A stretch of 39,945 bases of DNA, taken from assembly GCA_000934665.2 (NCBI GenBank), contig KZ538927.1, positions 1 through 39,945 of the forward strand. Reading direction: 5' to 3'. Each line of letters opens with the position of its first letter. Position 1 is the stretch's first letter. Below are positions 25,125-36,699 of the stretch, piece by piece. Below the pieces are notes generated by a model, which was given only the letters and a program-made list of their open reading frames with translations, was not told the origin of the DNA and ran no database searches. Made by a program: the position numbers and the translations under genes. Origin of the DNA: Catajapyx aquilonaris (Eukaryota).

Positions 25125-27420
25125 TTAACATAAGAAATAATTAGCATATCGTACACATGTTTCATTAAGAAATTATTATCGGGCGTTCATTTTGGATACA
25201 TTTTTAACGTAGGATAACAAGAAGTATGAAGGCTATAGCTTTAACTACATTGCATTAACAAACTTTCACGAAGATAGGAAAAATAGCGAAAACATTGCTC
25301 TGTACATGAGTGAATGTGGCACATCCTCACTGCTAAAAATTGCACTTTAAGGCAGCAATATAGCCTAATACGGCTTCTTCCATCTTTGCATTTAAATAAT
25401 TGCACAGAAAAATATCGACGATGTAACCCGATAATAATAATTATAATTATATCGATCGAAGGGCCATATTTACACAGAGAGACGTTTTTGGTTGATGCAA
25501 GAGTACATAGTTCCAAGAGGATGCCTGGAAAAAACCTGCAGCAGTGACCTCAGTTTCATTATGGTATTATCACAAATTAATGAAGCATCACTTCTACTCC
25601 TAGCACCATGATCAAACTCCGTGACACCGCTACGTACTGTAGTGACCTTTACAAGGCAAAATTTTCTGGTCGTGAGTGCTCTAATGCGGCGCTTAAATAA
25701 ACTGCTACAGGTAAAAGCATGTCAGCACTTGCCAGATATGTACTGTACGAGTTTGGTGAATACGTGCCACATTTCTACGCCAGCAGAGCCGTGTTATCTC
25801 CAGTATTTCAGACTGCAGAGGCTATCTTATGATGAAGTGCAGGTTGCACTACTTTCCAAAAGGCTGTGCACACCCTTTTCCTTCTGACACTCAACCGCAA
25901 TCCATTTCCTTTGAGGTAACAGGTGGGAAAGAGAGAAGAAAGTGAGAGAAAAAGGTGTAGCATGTGAGGTTATTTCTTTTCTAAGGATTCTACGAATCTG
26001 ATTTGATGTTTTTGCAGCACTGATTGTAAACATCAGGCTTGACCTCCCTGGAGAGCGGAAGAGGGCAGGGCACTACGTCAGCATTCATCGCCTCGCAACC
26101 TAGCTAGTATATTCGAGCAACTTCCTATCACCTCTTTCGTGGGGCTCCTGTCCCAGATGTTTACAATCAGAGCTGCAAGAACACCGTATCATAATCGCCG
26201 CCTAATCCTTGGGCATGGGTATTCCATTTGACACGAATCCTCCCCATAAGTCTTCCTGTCGATCTGACGAGGGAATATGGACCTGGACGTGACGGGGAGT
26301 CAGCTTCAGCGTGGTGGACCGGAGTAGACATTGGCAATCAATCTATCCCGCCTGGTCGTGCTCAAGATGGGACTTGGACAAATGAGGTGGGTGGGAGGAG
26401 AGGGTGCATGGTTAGCTACGGAGGAATGGGATATGGAAGTGAAAGTTTGAAGGGTTCAACAGGATTAAAATTACCTCACGAATTGAGGTAGATTTTGTTA
26501 CATTGACAATATTATTTTCACCACTGTAATGTATCATTTTCTTAAACTTCAGAAACACAGGATCTATCTTCTTCAATTTATTAGAGCCATCTGCATTATC
26601 TATCAAGATAGACTTCGATATTCTGCTCATAAAATTCAGGTCAACTCAAAGTGCATAAACTCGTGAAATATCCTGCAATGGCCCGGGAAAAGGACTTTTT
26701 CGGCCTTATTCTCAGCAGGTCACAGAAAAACAGGATTTTGACTTTGTTAGAAAACCTTAATTTGTGACGCATCTATAAATAAACTTCTAAACGTAGTCAC
26801 TCCTTTTTTATTTCATTCATATCAATTCATGGGAAACTGAAAGGCATTATTTCCCAGTAATTTTCAAGGTGCACTTTGCAGTGCACGGAGATCGTTTTTA
26901 TTGGAATAATATTATAATTTTAATTTTTAAATAAATAATATTTGATGAAAACTGAAACGTAGTTGTTAAATATACCGTATAATTATGTTCTCCGAGTAGT
27001 TAAAATCCGGGATTGAAAGTTAGGCATTTATTTTCTTGTGTTGATTTAATATAGCGCAAAAAATGTACAAGATGAAGCACTTCCTAAAGACCGAGTTCAA
27101 GAGGGAAAGAGATTACTCTAGAAGTTATGAATCATTCACACCAGCAACCAGTTTAAAGAAAAGAAACTATCACAACTACTGAATGTGGCCCTGACAATGA
27201 GTGTTGCTTCTAACAAGTTACTTCTCAGTAAATAGTGTACAGTACTGGGATAAAAAATGCATAATTTTTCCCCTTTCCATTCTCGTGAAGAGCAAGGACT
27301 TCAGCCGTTCCGGGTGCAACTTATTATTTTCGATGGTTTGTAGCAACAGTAAAAACATCAAATCGCCTCCGTGTCAATGGCCCATTTCATTCGAAAAGGA
27401 ATGCAGACACATTATTATCA

Positions 27421-27530
27421 CAGTTGAATCCTGATATAACAGACTTCAAGGAACCGAGGAAATCAGTCTGTTATAACCGAGGTATGGTCATAGCCAAATC
27501 GCCACTTTTGCAACGAAAACTCTGCATACT
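27421..27530. mobile_element. Solo end of the pogo-like family at 32196-32782
   Basis: CAGTTGAATCCTGATATAACAGACTTCAAG...ATAGCCAAATCGCCACTTTT matches the reverse complement of ~32685-32782. Confidence 0.75.
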
Positions 27531-28540
27531 GATTAATAAAACGATCCACAAAACATGCAAAATTAGCTCACTCGTAACTTAGACAGGGGGAAAAAAATCT
27601 TCATTTTCTTCTGCCGTCTCGTTCTTGCCAAATATCCCAAACAAATATTGCCAATTTTTTTCTCGTATATTTGACAAAAAAAAATATGACTTTGTCCTTT
27701 TAGGCAAGTGTTAGATCAGTGACAGGTGAGAAAATCACTCCCGCTCCAGTATACAGTACTTTCCTTGCTTGGGAACGGAAGCTGAGGAATCAAAAACAGC
27801 ATAATTATTTTCTGGATAGAGTTGGGTTGATAGGCATCGCGGAAGGCGGGAGGGTGGGTGGTGGGTGGGGGCTGGGGGGCTATGACTGTGTCTCAAACAC
27901 GGAGTAGGCAGGCTGAAAGATAGGCGTGTATCCGCAGAAGATAGGTCTGTATCCGCAACGAAGGAGGGTTAGGTTAGGTTGGGTTAGGTTGGTACAGCAT
28001 ACCCCTTCCCCTGACACATTCGGGCTGTCATTACAAAATCTAAAAAATCAATACTTGCATCCTTGCGTTTACGACACAGCCATTACCCCCGGCCACTACT
28101 CAACCCCCCCCCCCCCGCCTTCCGTGTGCCTATCAACCCTACTCCTTCCAATATTTCTGCCATAGTCTACTACTACTTCAAATTAATAACTCTATCCATT
28201 CCCATGGGATATTGCCGCTGTCCGGGGAGCATCACATGAACATGGAGCTCCAGCAACACGCAATAAAATGACTTGATTGTGTTTTTCGTAGGATGATGTA
28301 AAGATTCTCACAGCAGCCAAAGTAATTTGACATCGTATTGCAATGAACAATGGGGAGGCTGAGTGACACGGCGGTAATGCGCCATGTGCTCACTCATGGA
28401 ATGGTCCTGGGTTCCAAGAGATCAGGTAGTCTCTGGTTATCTAGGATTCTAGGGTAGCATAGCAGAAATCTTCGGCGGAAAGTATCTTATAACAAGAATA
28501 AACTGAATTGCAAACAATCTGGTCACCATGGTACAATTAC

Positions 28541-28648
28541 CTTGACAGTGGCGCTGTTGATAGTCATTTCGACGACATGAAGAGTGTAGTTAGTTCTCTT
28601 CCCATCCTCGTTGAACCTGATGTCCCCGGACAAACCTTCCAACTCCAC
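28541..28648 (-). CDS. GluR1: GluR1-like exon c (ATD)
   Basis: cag|[36 protein letters not shown]|gtaatt; 108 nt, phase 0-0. Carries the EGLSGxIxF..G.R.NYTL motif. Confidence 0.95.
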
Positions 28649-28947
28649 CTGGCGAGCAAAGGTTGAATACATGGATTTAGCCTCCCTATTTCAAACAAAT
28701 TTTGGTGCCGACGTGAAAATTGCGGCGCTTAGGATCGATTGAACTCTATTGAAACTGCGGGGACTGGGAAGCAAATAGACAGGAGAAGGGGGAGCGGGTG
28801 GAGGGGATCTGGCTGAGATATCCTGGCCGCAAATCAAACACATTTTCCGGCCCGGGGGGGACGGGGGGGGGGGTGGCTTTGTGCTCGGTGCCGGAAAACG
28901 AGAGGATCAAGTCAATTTAAGGGTGAACTAGCAAAGATAATGATAAC

Positions 28948-29157
28948 CTTTCTCAGGAATCTCGATATCTTCTCTCCGTGCTCCCAGGGAGTCACCCAGT
29001 CTCTACTGGACATGTTGCAGTCCAAGCCACGGCTGCCATTGTTGAATATCTCTCCTCGGCGGTAGTTGAGCCTGAACATGTCCGCCTTCTTTCGGAGCAG
29101 CTTGTTGAAAGCCTCCACCAGCACAAACACGGCGTCGTACATCAAAGCAGCTTGCGC
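28948..29157 (-). CDS. GluR1: GluR1-like exon b (ATD)
   Basis: tag|AQAALMYDAVFVLVEAFNKLLRKK...LDCNMSSRDWVTPWEHGEKISRFLRK|gttatc; 210 nt, phase 0-0. ALMYDAV and PWEHG are iGluR ATD motifs. Confidence 0.95.
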
Positions 29158-29403
29158 CTATCAAAGGTTATTCAGATTTAAAATTCGTCACCAACAGAGT
29201 AGCAAATATTATAGTGAACTATTGACTTGTTAAGAAACAATCGATATATTAAAGCACTGTTCATGCGGTGTATATGGACAATGTAGAATTCGAGGGAAGT
29301 CATGTGAAAGTCACTCGAACAACACTTAGACCCATACCAGCGAATTAAAAAATACAGCACCTAAATAAATGAACTGTACTGTACCTGAAAGAGATAACTT
29401 ATA

Positions 29404-30154
29404 CAGGGTGGGGCAAATGTCATGGCCCGATAAAAACGACGCAGCATGGCGTAAGTAACGAACGATTATATTTTTTAAAAATTACACTACACAGAGAAAG
29501 GTACCATATGGCATTTATGGGTCAAGGTCCAAAAAAGTCACTTCTTGAAAACAACACCGGATAGATGTCCACCTTTGCGGGCAACACATATTCCCCCAAG
29601 CGCCGGACGAAACCCTTCATAACGCGCTCCAGCATGTCTAGGGGAATGTTTCTCACGGCGTGTCTTATCATTCTGATCCTTAAGATCAGCCAATGACTCA
29701 GGACGTGTGGCGAACACCAAACTCTTCAAGTACCCCCACAAGAAGAAGCCGGGGGTGGTCAAATCTGGCCACCGCGACGGCCATGGAATGTCCCCAAAAT
29801 AATCTCGAAATGACCCGCCCGAGAAATACTTGACTTTTAATTTGTTTGGTGTTCGCCACAGGTCCTCAGTCATTGGCTGATCTTGAGGATCAGATAAGAC
29901 AAGCCGCGAGAAACATTCCCCTGGACATGCTGGAGCGCGTTATGAAGGGTTTCGTCCGGCGCTTGGGGGAATAATGTGTTGCCCGCAAAGGTGGACATCT
30001 ATCCGGTGTTGTTTTCAAGAAGTGACTTTTTTGGACCTTGATCCATAAATGGCATATCTTTCACTTTGTAGTGGAATTTTTAAAAAATTGAATCGTTCGT
30101 TACTTACGCCATGCTGCGTCGTTTTTATCCGCCCATGACTTTTGTCCCACCCTG
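29404..30154. mobile_element. Tc1/mariner foldback made of two transposase 3' ends
   Basis: TA|CAGGGTGGG...CCCACCCTG|TA; arms 29404-29722 and 29844-30154; minus-strand FGDIPWPSRWPDLTTPGFFLWGYLKSLVF...KGGHL is a Tc1/mariner C-terminal motif. Confidence 0.92.
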
Positions 30155-30156
30155 TA

Positions 30157-30600
30157 CATTGTTCACCCGATTATCCGGGCTAATGAATGCACGGGTGTCT
30201 CCGGATAATCGGAAAATGTTGATAATTGGAAAATGGTCCTAGCACAGTAAAAATGAGCTATTCGCAGGTTTTTAATACACAACTGTACTATATCGCCCAA
30301 AAAGATAGAGACGATTTTGCATTTGACTCAAGTGCAACTTGCACTTGAATCAAATGCCAATCGTCTCTATCTTTTTGAGCGATATAGTACATAGTGTATG
30401 CTGCTGTCTTAAACTGGAGGTTTAATCAAAATAATGAAACGTACTACAGATTTTAGTTTGCCTTCTAGAAAAAGTCCGCTATATTTCTTCGTTTGGGTGG
30501 CATACCTAGTCTATTGACATTTTTTCGGACTTTTATTTTGAATTTGAATTTTTGTCGATGCACAGATAATCCGTATCCGGATAATTAGGAGCAGAGTGCA
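30157..30600. mobile_element. Degenerate pogo/Tigger-like MITE
   Basis: Left CATTGTTCACCCGATTATCCGG, right CCGGATAATTAGGAGCAGAGTG; repeated CGGATAAT motifs; shares the TA at 30155-30156 with the adjacent element. Confidence 0.5.
30288..30387. mobile_element. 100-bp hairpin MITE nested in the pogo-like element
   Basis: TA|CTATATCGC(C/T)CAAAAAGATAGAGACGATT... near-perfect palindrome with almost no loop, TA on both sides. Confidence 0.8.
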
Positions 30601-32195
30601 GTTATATTGTCGATCGTAAATATGCAGAGATAAAGTAATGCTGTCCATATATACTGGCGCAGTGTTGTCACACTACAGAAAGCCAGTACTAGAGAGATGA
30701 GGAAACGGTACAGTACTGTTTAATAATCTCTCCCCCTCATTCCTTTTATCTATTATCCCATGTTAAGCCTAATATCGAATCACGGTAGCTTCTTAACACA
30801 CCTTTTAGGTAGTATCGCCTCATCTCCACGTAATAAATTTAGATCGGCCGAGAATCTAAAGGGTTTACGAACATTTACCGTTTTGCAAGTAAAATTTCAG
30901 CCGGCTTGCGTGAATATCAAGAGATTACTATTGATCCAGAGGTAAGCTTGTAAACAGGGAATTGTTTATAAATAGCCTTCCTCCGAGTAGGTTGCAGTCA
31001 ATTTTAGAGCAAGACATAAGGTGGCCCCATGTGTTTGTGTTGCCTCATTATGTTGAATCCAAGGTGTAAACTAATATCAGTGGTTTGGACGACGCCTGCA
31101 TAAAAATCAGATCAGAAAATAACCGCTGCATGTTCAAGCTTTAACGTTTGATACGAGTAGCAGAGTCTCGGAATTCTGTAAACACTAACAATACTGGTTG
31201 GGAAAAAAGCCAAACCAGTTGTGACAGGACTTGCTCTTTTGGACATTTGCTATCATTCGTGGAATAATTTTCTGACGGGTCCAATTTCCAATCGTGGAGT
31301 GCATGGGGCTAGACACACATTAGCCTATGGCGACTGCCATGTCAAGTGGCGTGGGGAAGCTGCTGAAGTGACATAAATTTTGTGGGCGGGGGGCGTCCGA
31401 AACAAGTGACGAATGGACGTCGCTTTCCAGAGTGCGGTTGGCCGTCAACAAGACCAGACTTGTTTGGTGACAGTAATGGCGTCGTCATTTCGGGAGTAGG
31501 GGATGAGGGGTAGGTCTGAAACAGGCAATGCGCACAATGAGTCACAAAATCTATTATAATATTATTATACAGCAAAGAGGGTTGGAATGATGAACAGTAT
31601 ATTGGGGGGGGGGNGGGGTCGGCAGTTTAAAAATGTCATTGCAGCAGTATTTTCTAAACATTTTCCTAAAGGCCGTTTGCACTGAAACATGAAAAAATAG
31701 GCTGGAAAACAGCCAGATAGTTTGTTACCGATGATCTTCACCGACGTTGTCAATAATTAATAACAACTTTCTCAGGTTTCGGTGCAACCGGACAGAAGTA
31801 CCAAACCCTATACCGTATATCCACTTGGGTTGGTCAGACACGTATGTCAGATTTGGAAAGGAATATCTTAATGGGAGACCGTATGTGGCAGAGGTAGGGG
31901 CACGCTGCACCAACTTACCCCATGACCTAATCTTCCTTCCCGGGAAAAACACACCTATCCTTCCGGCAGGAGATGCACGTAAAGCATCATATCCGCCGAG
32001 CATCTGGAGCACCGTTTGCGGCTCAGCTCACTTGCGTAGCCCAATATTTATTTCAACTATGATGTCATTAGATAATTATGCAGCATGACTATGAGGCAGT
32101 CGCCATGCAATCAAAGTGTCGCAAAAGGACATGATAGCCTACTTACCACTTTTTATTAGTTACAGCTACTCAAGTCAGTAACGACGTTGCAAATA

Positions 32196-32782
32196 CGGTT
32201 GAATCCGGATATAACAGCCTCGGCTATAACGGACTTTCGGTTATAACAGACTCGAAAGGCTGATGGTCGCGGCATATTTCCATAAGGCCCTGTGTATTTT
32301 TACTCCTGATATAACAGACTCATTTTCACCTCACATCGGCTATAACAGACATTTATTGGCCCCTCGCATCGGCGGTAAAATATGCTCTTTTACACTTTTA
32401 GATTACTCAGTTTCCTTTCCCAAGCGAGGAAAGCACTGCATAGTGGAGCGGGTGGGATTTTCCCACATCTCACAGATCTAACACTTGCAGAATGAAAATA
32501 ATACTTTTCTGCTATATTTAGCAAGAACGAAACGGCATCAGAACAAAATTGCGGATTTTTTTTGGTCCTTTGTGATTTACGGGTGAGCTAATTTTGCATT
32601 TTTGTGGATAGTTTCATTAATCAATATGCAGTAATGTGTAGGCCTATTATAGGCGTATGAAAGTAGAAAACTTTGTGTATTTGTTGAAAAAGTGGCTATT
32701 TGGCTATAAAAAAACTCGGTTATAATACCATACCGTACTTTTTCCGCGGTCTCTTGAAGTCTGTTATTTCCGGATTCAACTG
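32196..32782. mobile_element. pogo/Tigger-like MITE
   Basis: TA|C(G/A)GTTGAATCCGGA(T/A)ATAACAG TIR|TA; repeated CGG(C/T)TATAAC subterminal motifs. Confidence 0.85.
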
Positions 32783-33595
32783 TACTATGTGGCATCCCAG
32801 CTAGAACTTACCTGCCCACGACCTTACCGTATGAGCTTGAACATGACAAATCATTTTGTACTGGCCTTATTATATTCTCTTTGTTTTGTTTCTGCTGTAT
32901 TTTTTACTTTGCAAGAGTCTGTTTATGAGACAGTCACAGTCATTTTGATCTCCCGACACTGTGGCTTTGTACTGACATGCCACTGAGGCAACCTTACAAC
33001 AGGATGGCCCACAATCCATTGAATTGTGGCGTTCATGTAGAATTTATTAATCCGTATATAAGTAACTTAGTCCTAAATGCAGTAACTACATAATGGTTAG
33101 TCGTCCCCGAGGTCGTCCCAAGGTTTAAGAAAATACTGTCAAAGCTTAATACGTGAATTTATATCGTACGTATATTTCATTACTAAAATCCGAACATTTC
33201 ACTATAAAAGAATATCTCCATCCACATTCAAGTCGAGGCTGCGTAAGTGGGGGACTGCCTATGTATTGAATGACTGTGCATGCCAAAAAAATAAAACCAA
33301 TGTATTCCATCAACTGATGATAATATAATATTTTATTATATTCACGTATATAGCATGTAAGAAGAGAAAATCAGGAAGCAAGTATCTGAATAATAGAATG
33401 AATTTCTGGATTGCTATAGCACTCTATTATTTATTTGTACTCGCGCTTTCATATACTCCTATATTGGATTCGCATTGTAAATAATATTAGAACCAGCTAA
33501 TATTCTTGTGAAATTAACACAAAGTCACAAACGACAATGTAACTCTCAGATGATCTTGCTGCCTTCCTCTGGACAGTATCGATGAAATATTCAGA

Positions 33596-33596
<1 letters not shown>

Positions 33597-33645
<49 letters not shown>

Positions 33646-33668
33646 GCTGTTGCTGTTGTTGTTGTTGT
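33597..33668. repeat. Compound (ATT)n-(GTT)n microsatellite flanked by a 9-bp direct repeat
   Basis: TATTCAGAT at 33588-33596 and 33669-33677. Confidence 0.85.
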
Positions 33669-34241
33669 TATTCAGATAGGCAAACATACTAATCTTTGTC
33701 CTTAGAGTGGGTGGGACGTCAGGGGTGGGGGAAGTCCATGAAAAAATAATCTAGGTCCATGAGGGAATCTCCTGGACGTATCTGTGTACTCTGGGCCGGA
33801 CACAGAGCATTACGGGTCAAAAACCGCGGCCGGAATTAGCGGCAAAACTGATGCGACGCTGAACAAGATCACAACGTGATTGGAGAGTCAATGGTCGGTT
33901 TAAAAAAGAGGGGGATGGAGGAGGGTGTTTTTTGCATATAGAAGGAAATAGGGACATGACCCGGCGAGTAATTCTGATTCTGCCGCTATACTCCCCTCCC
34001 TATGCTCCATGCCTGCCCCCTGGTGGGAGTGAATTATTGAAGCGCCCCGGGAGTCCCGGAAATGAAAAATCCGGGCAGGGAATGGCGGATGGGAGAGCAG
34101 ACTAGCTCCCAAAACAAGCCGATGTGGTCTCCCAATTTTGGCCAGGACTATTATCCCCCAGCTGCCCTTCGGTCAAGGTGATACAGGCTTAGCGATCCGG
34201 ATATTTCCGGGCGTGATTGTTTAAGGGGGAGTGTTCCTTAC

Positions 34242-34391
34242 CGAGATGTACTGGTGGCTCTCACGGTCGATTTGATGCCAGGCGTCCAGGAATTCCTTCA
34301 CGTAACGTCGGGCTGTGTCGACAATCCGGAATCCGGTGATGTTCACGGCGCCGTATTCCACCACTTCGGTTTCCCAGTGGTCGTCCATCAC
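34242..34391 (-). CDS. GluR1: Ionotropic glutamate receptor (GluR1/AMPA-like) exon a, amino-terminal domain
   Basis: cag|VMDDHWETEVVEYGAVNITGFRIVDTARRYVKEFLDAWHQIDRESHQYIS|gtaagg; 150 nt, phase 0-0. The GAVNITGFRIVD motif is typical of iGluR ATDs. Not present in the ORF track. Confidence 0.93.
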
Positions 34392-34586
34392 CTGAGATGT
34401 ATACCCCTTCTGGTTAATTCACCTGTCACCAACAACATTTACATGCAACCGCGGAAATTTCATCATCAAAATACATTGGGAAGTGTGTCAAGGAGGAGAA
34501 GGCGGCAGTCATTTCGCCTACTCAGGATTACACTACTCTCAATCTCCATTTTTCTTATGTCATGTAGCAGATCTGTATCACATATA

Positions 34587-34677
34587 CACGGTGTTCCCAA
34601 TATCCGGGTCACTTTGGTGAACTGCTATCGGGCGATAGCAGTTATCCAAAAGTGACTCGGATATTTGGAACACCCAG
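34587..34677. mobile_element. 91-bp Tc1/mariner-type hairpin MITE
   Basis: TA|CACGGTGTTCCCAATATCCGGGTCACTTT...ACTGCTATCG-GG-CGATAGCAGT...GGAACACCCAG|TA. Confidence 0.75.
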
Positions 34678-34779
34678 TACAGTAACCAACGCCTGCTCTC
34701 TCAGGAACAGATTTATCACCACTTTCATTCTGATTAAGAACATTAATTTTTACTGATTTATGTCTTCGATAGCTATGTA

Positions 34780-34924
34780 CTATCGGGTTCAAATACTTTT
34801 AGCCACTTTATCCTGGTCTTGAAGCAACCCTTCGCAACAGATCCCACGTTAAGGAGGTGTGTGTGTGTGTAAAGGGTTGCTTCAAGACCAGGATAAAGTG
34901 GCCAAAAGTTTTTGAACCCGATAG
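34780..34924. mobile_element. 145-bp hairpin MITE
   Basis: TA|CTATCGGGTTCAAA...GCAACCCTT, ~53-bp TIR with a (GT)n-containing spacer, TA on both sides. Confidence 0.82.
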
Positions 34925-35250
34925 TACCTTGTAGTTGTAGCATAAAAATATTATCACAATAATATTACGACTAGTCTGGAGAATCTTTTTTTACCTTCTA
35001 TCTGGAAGCTGTACCGTACTGCGATGCATTGTTTAGCACGCTGGTTTCAATTTTAGGATTTCTACATCATACGCTTACATATTTTTTGGTAGTATTAAAA
35101 ACGAATGAACTATTCTCTTACATTCTGTGTTCAAAAAGATGTATCCCCTACGGTGGAATAAATTAGTAGACTACGCGTAAAATCTATTCCTATATTGAAC
35201 GTTTTTCTCCACCCTTGCAGTGACCTATACAGTATTGCGGTGCACTATAC

Positions 35251-35697
35251 CAGGGTGTTCATGAACAAGACCGACAAATTGCCGACAAACCTATACCACC
35301 CCCTACCTAGGCACCAGAGGATCACTTTATGTAGAGGAGTCATTATGTCTAGACCGCCTCCTTACTGAGATATTGACCCACCTGCTCTTCAGCGATTTTT
35401 GCCTAATCGCTCCTTCTGACTTTTAAATAGAATTTGCAGGTATAACTAGCCATAGAGGCCTTCCCACATGTAGGCAAGAAACCAACAAATTCCGGCCCCC
35501 AGACCTCCCAGAGCCTTCTGACTAGGGTAAAGTTCGTTGGGTGGCCTAACTTCCAGGATATTTTATACTACCTGCTTGAAGGCAATTTGCGCGGTAATGA
35601 GGCGGCCCAGGCATAATCACTCCTCTACATAAAGTGAACTTCTGGTGTCTAGGTAGGGGGTGGTATAGGTTTGTCGGTGTTGTTCATGAACACCCTG
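35251..35697. mobile_element. Tc1/mariner-type MITE, homologous to 17629-18387 in opposite orientation
   Basis: CAGGGTGTTCATGAACAA...TTGTTCATGAACACCCTG|TA, ~110-bp TIR containing CACCAGAGGATCAC..TATGTAGAGGAGT. Confidence 0.85.
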
Positions 35698-36659
35698 TAT
35701 AGGAACTTCCAGTACGATGACAGGTACCTCATAAGTTGCGGCTGCATTTCATTTTGACATAATTGCAGGCAAATTCCTAGCCCCAAAGAGTGGCATGTTT
35801 TTTTAAGGTTTTTGAAAGAGTCCAATATCAAAGATAACGTATGTGTTACACCCTCTTCATGTCATGACAATACACTGCACGAACTTAGCCACATGATATG
35901 AAAACGAGTGGCCGGAAAAATATCCCAGGGCGACTCTAATACCCTCGGAGCGTTATTTAATACGACACCAAATTGCAAGTCAGGCTCTGTTGGGATCCTC
36001 TTAGAGGCCACGTTTTTGGCGTCCCCTGACACCCCCTGCCCCTCTTCCCCCCTTCCCTTCGTTACCACCCTCACCCCAACAGTAAAAACTTGTAATTAGC
36101 AGCCGAATTTTTTGGACTCACTGCGGCGCCGGTTTGTTGGTTACTATCCGGATCTGTCAGGAGCAAATATTTAATAAGAGTCCCGAGTGTGGGGAAAACA
36201 CAGCTGCGACCGCAACTAATACTCCACTCTCTCCCTCTCTGTCCCCCGCCCCCCTCCCCCACACACCACAAATTACCTCTTTTTCCCACCCTTTTCACTA
36301 AATCCTCGTTGCAGCAGGAGTTGGCGCCCAAAATAACGGAGATGAACCTCCCCCTATAAGGTGAAGAGGTGACTTGAGGGGTTGTTTTGAGAGGGGGTGT
36401 GTATATAGGGATGTGTAGGGGGTGGAAGGAGTTTGATGGACGGCGTTATTAAACATGCAAATCATCCGAGGCTGTTCTCATTTCCCGACGTTGACGACCG
36501 AGGTCGTTGCTCAACACCCGCGAGAGTCGTTGGCTCCGGAATGGATGGAGCCTGCTGGCCCTTTTATTAAAGACGGCTCCATGGCTCCCTGGGGAAAGCT
36601 GGCGCAAAGTGCTGGGTACGATCCCTGCTTGTGGCCGTGTTTTGGGCTGCTAGACTGGG

Positions 36660-36699
36660 GGAGGAGGAGGAGGAGGAGGAGGAGGAGGAGGAGGAGGAG
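36660..36699. repeat. (GAG)n microsatellite
   Basis: About 13 GAG units; explains the poly-E/R/L pseudo-ORFs in the track. Confidence 0.95.

Noticed and set aside
25621..26030. Possible decayed LTR-retrotransposon integrase
   Set aside because: Only vague motif resemblance; no HHCC or DDE spacing could be supported.
34254..34655. 133-aa plus-strand ORF
   Set aside because: Antisense shadow of GluR1 exon a.
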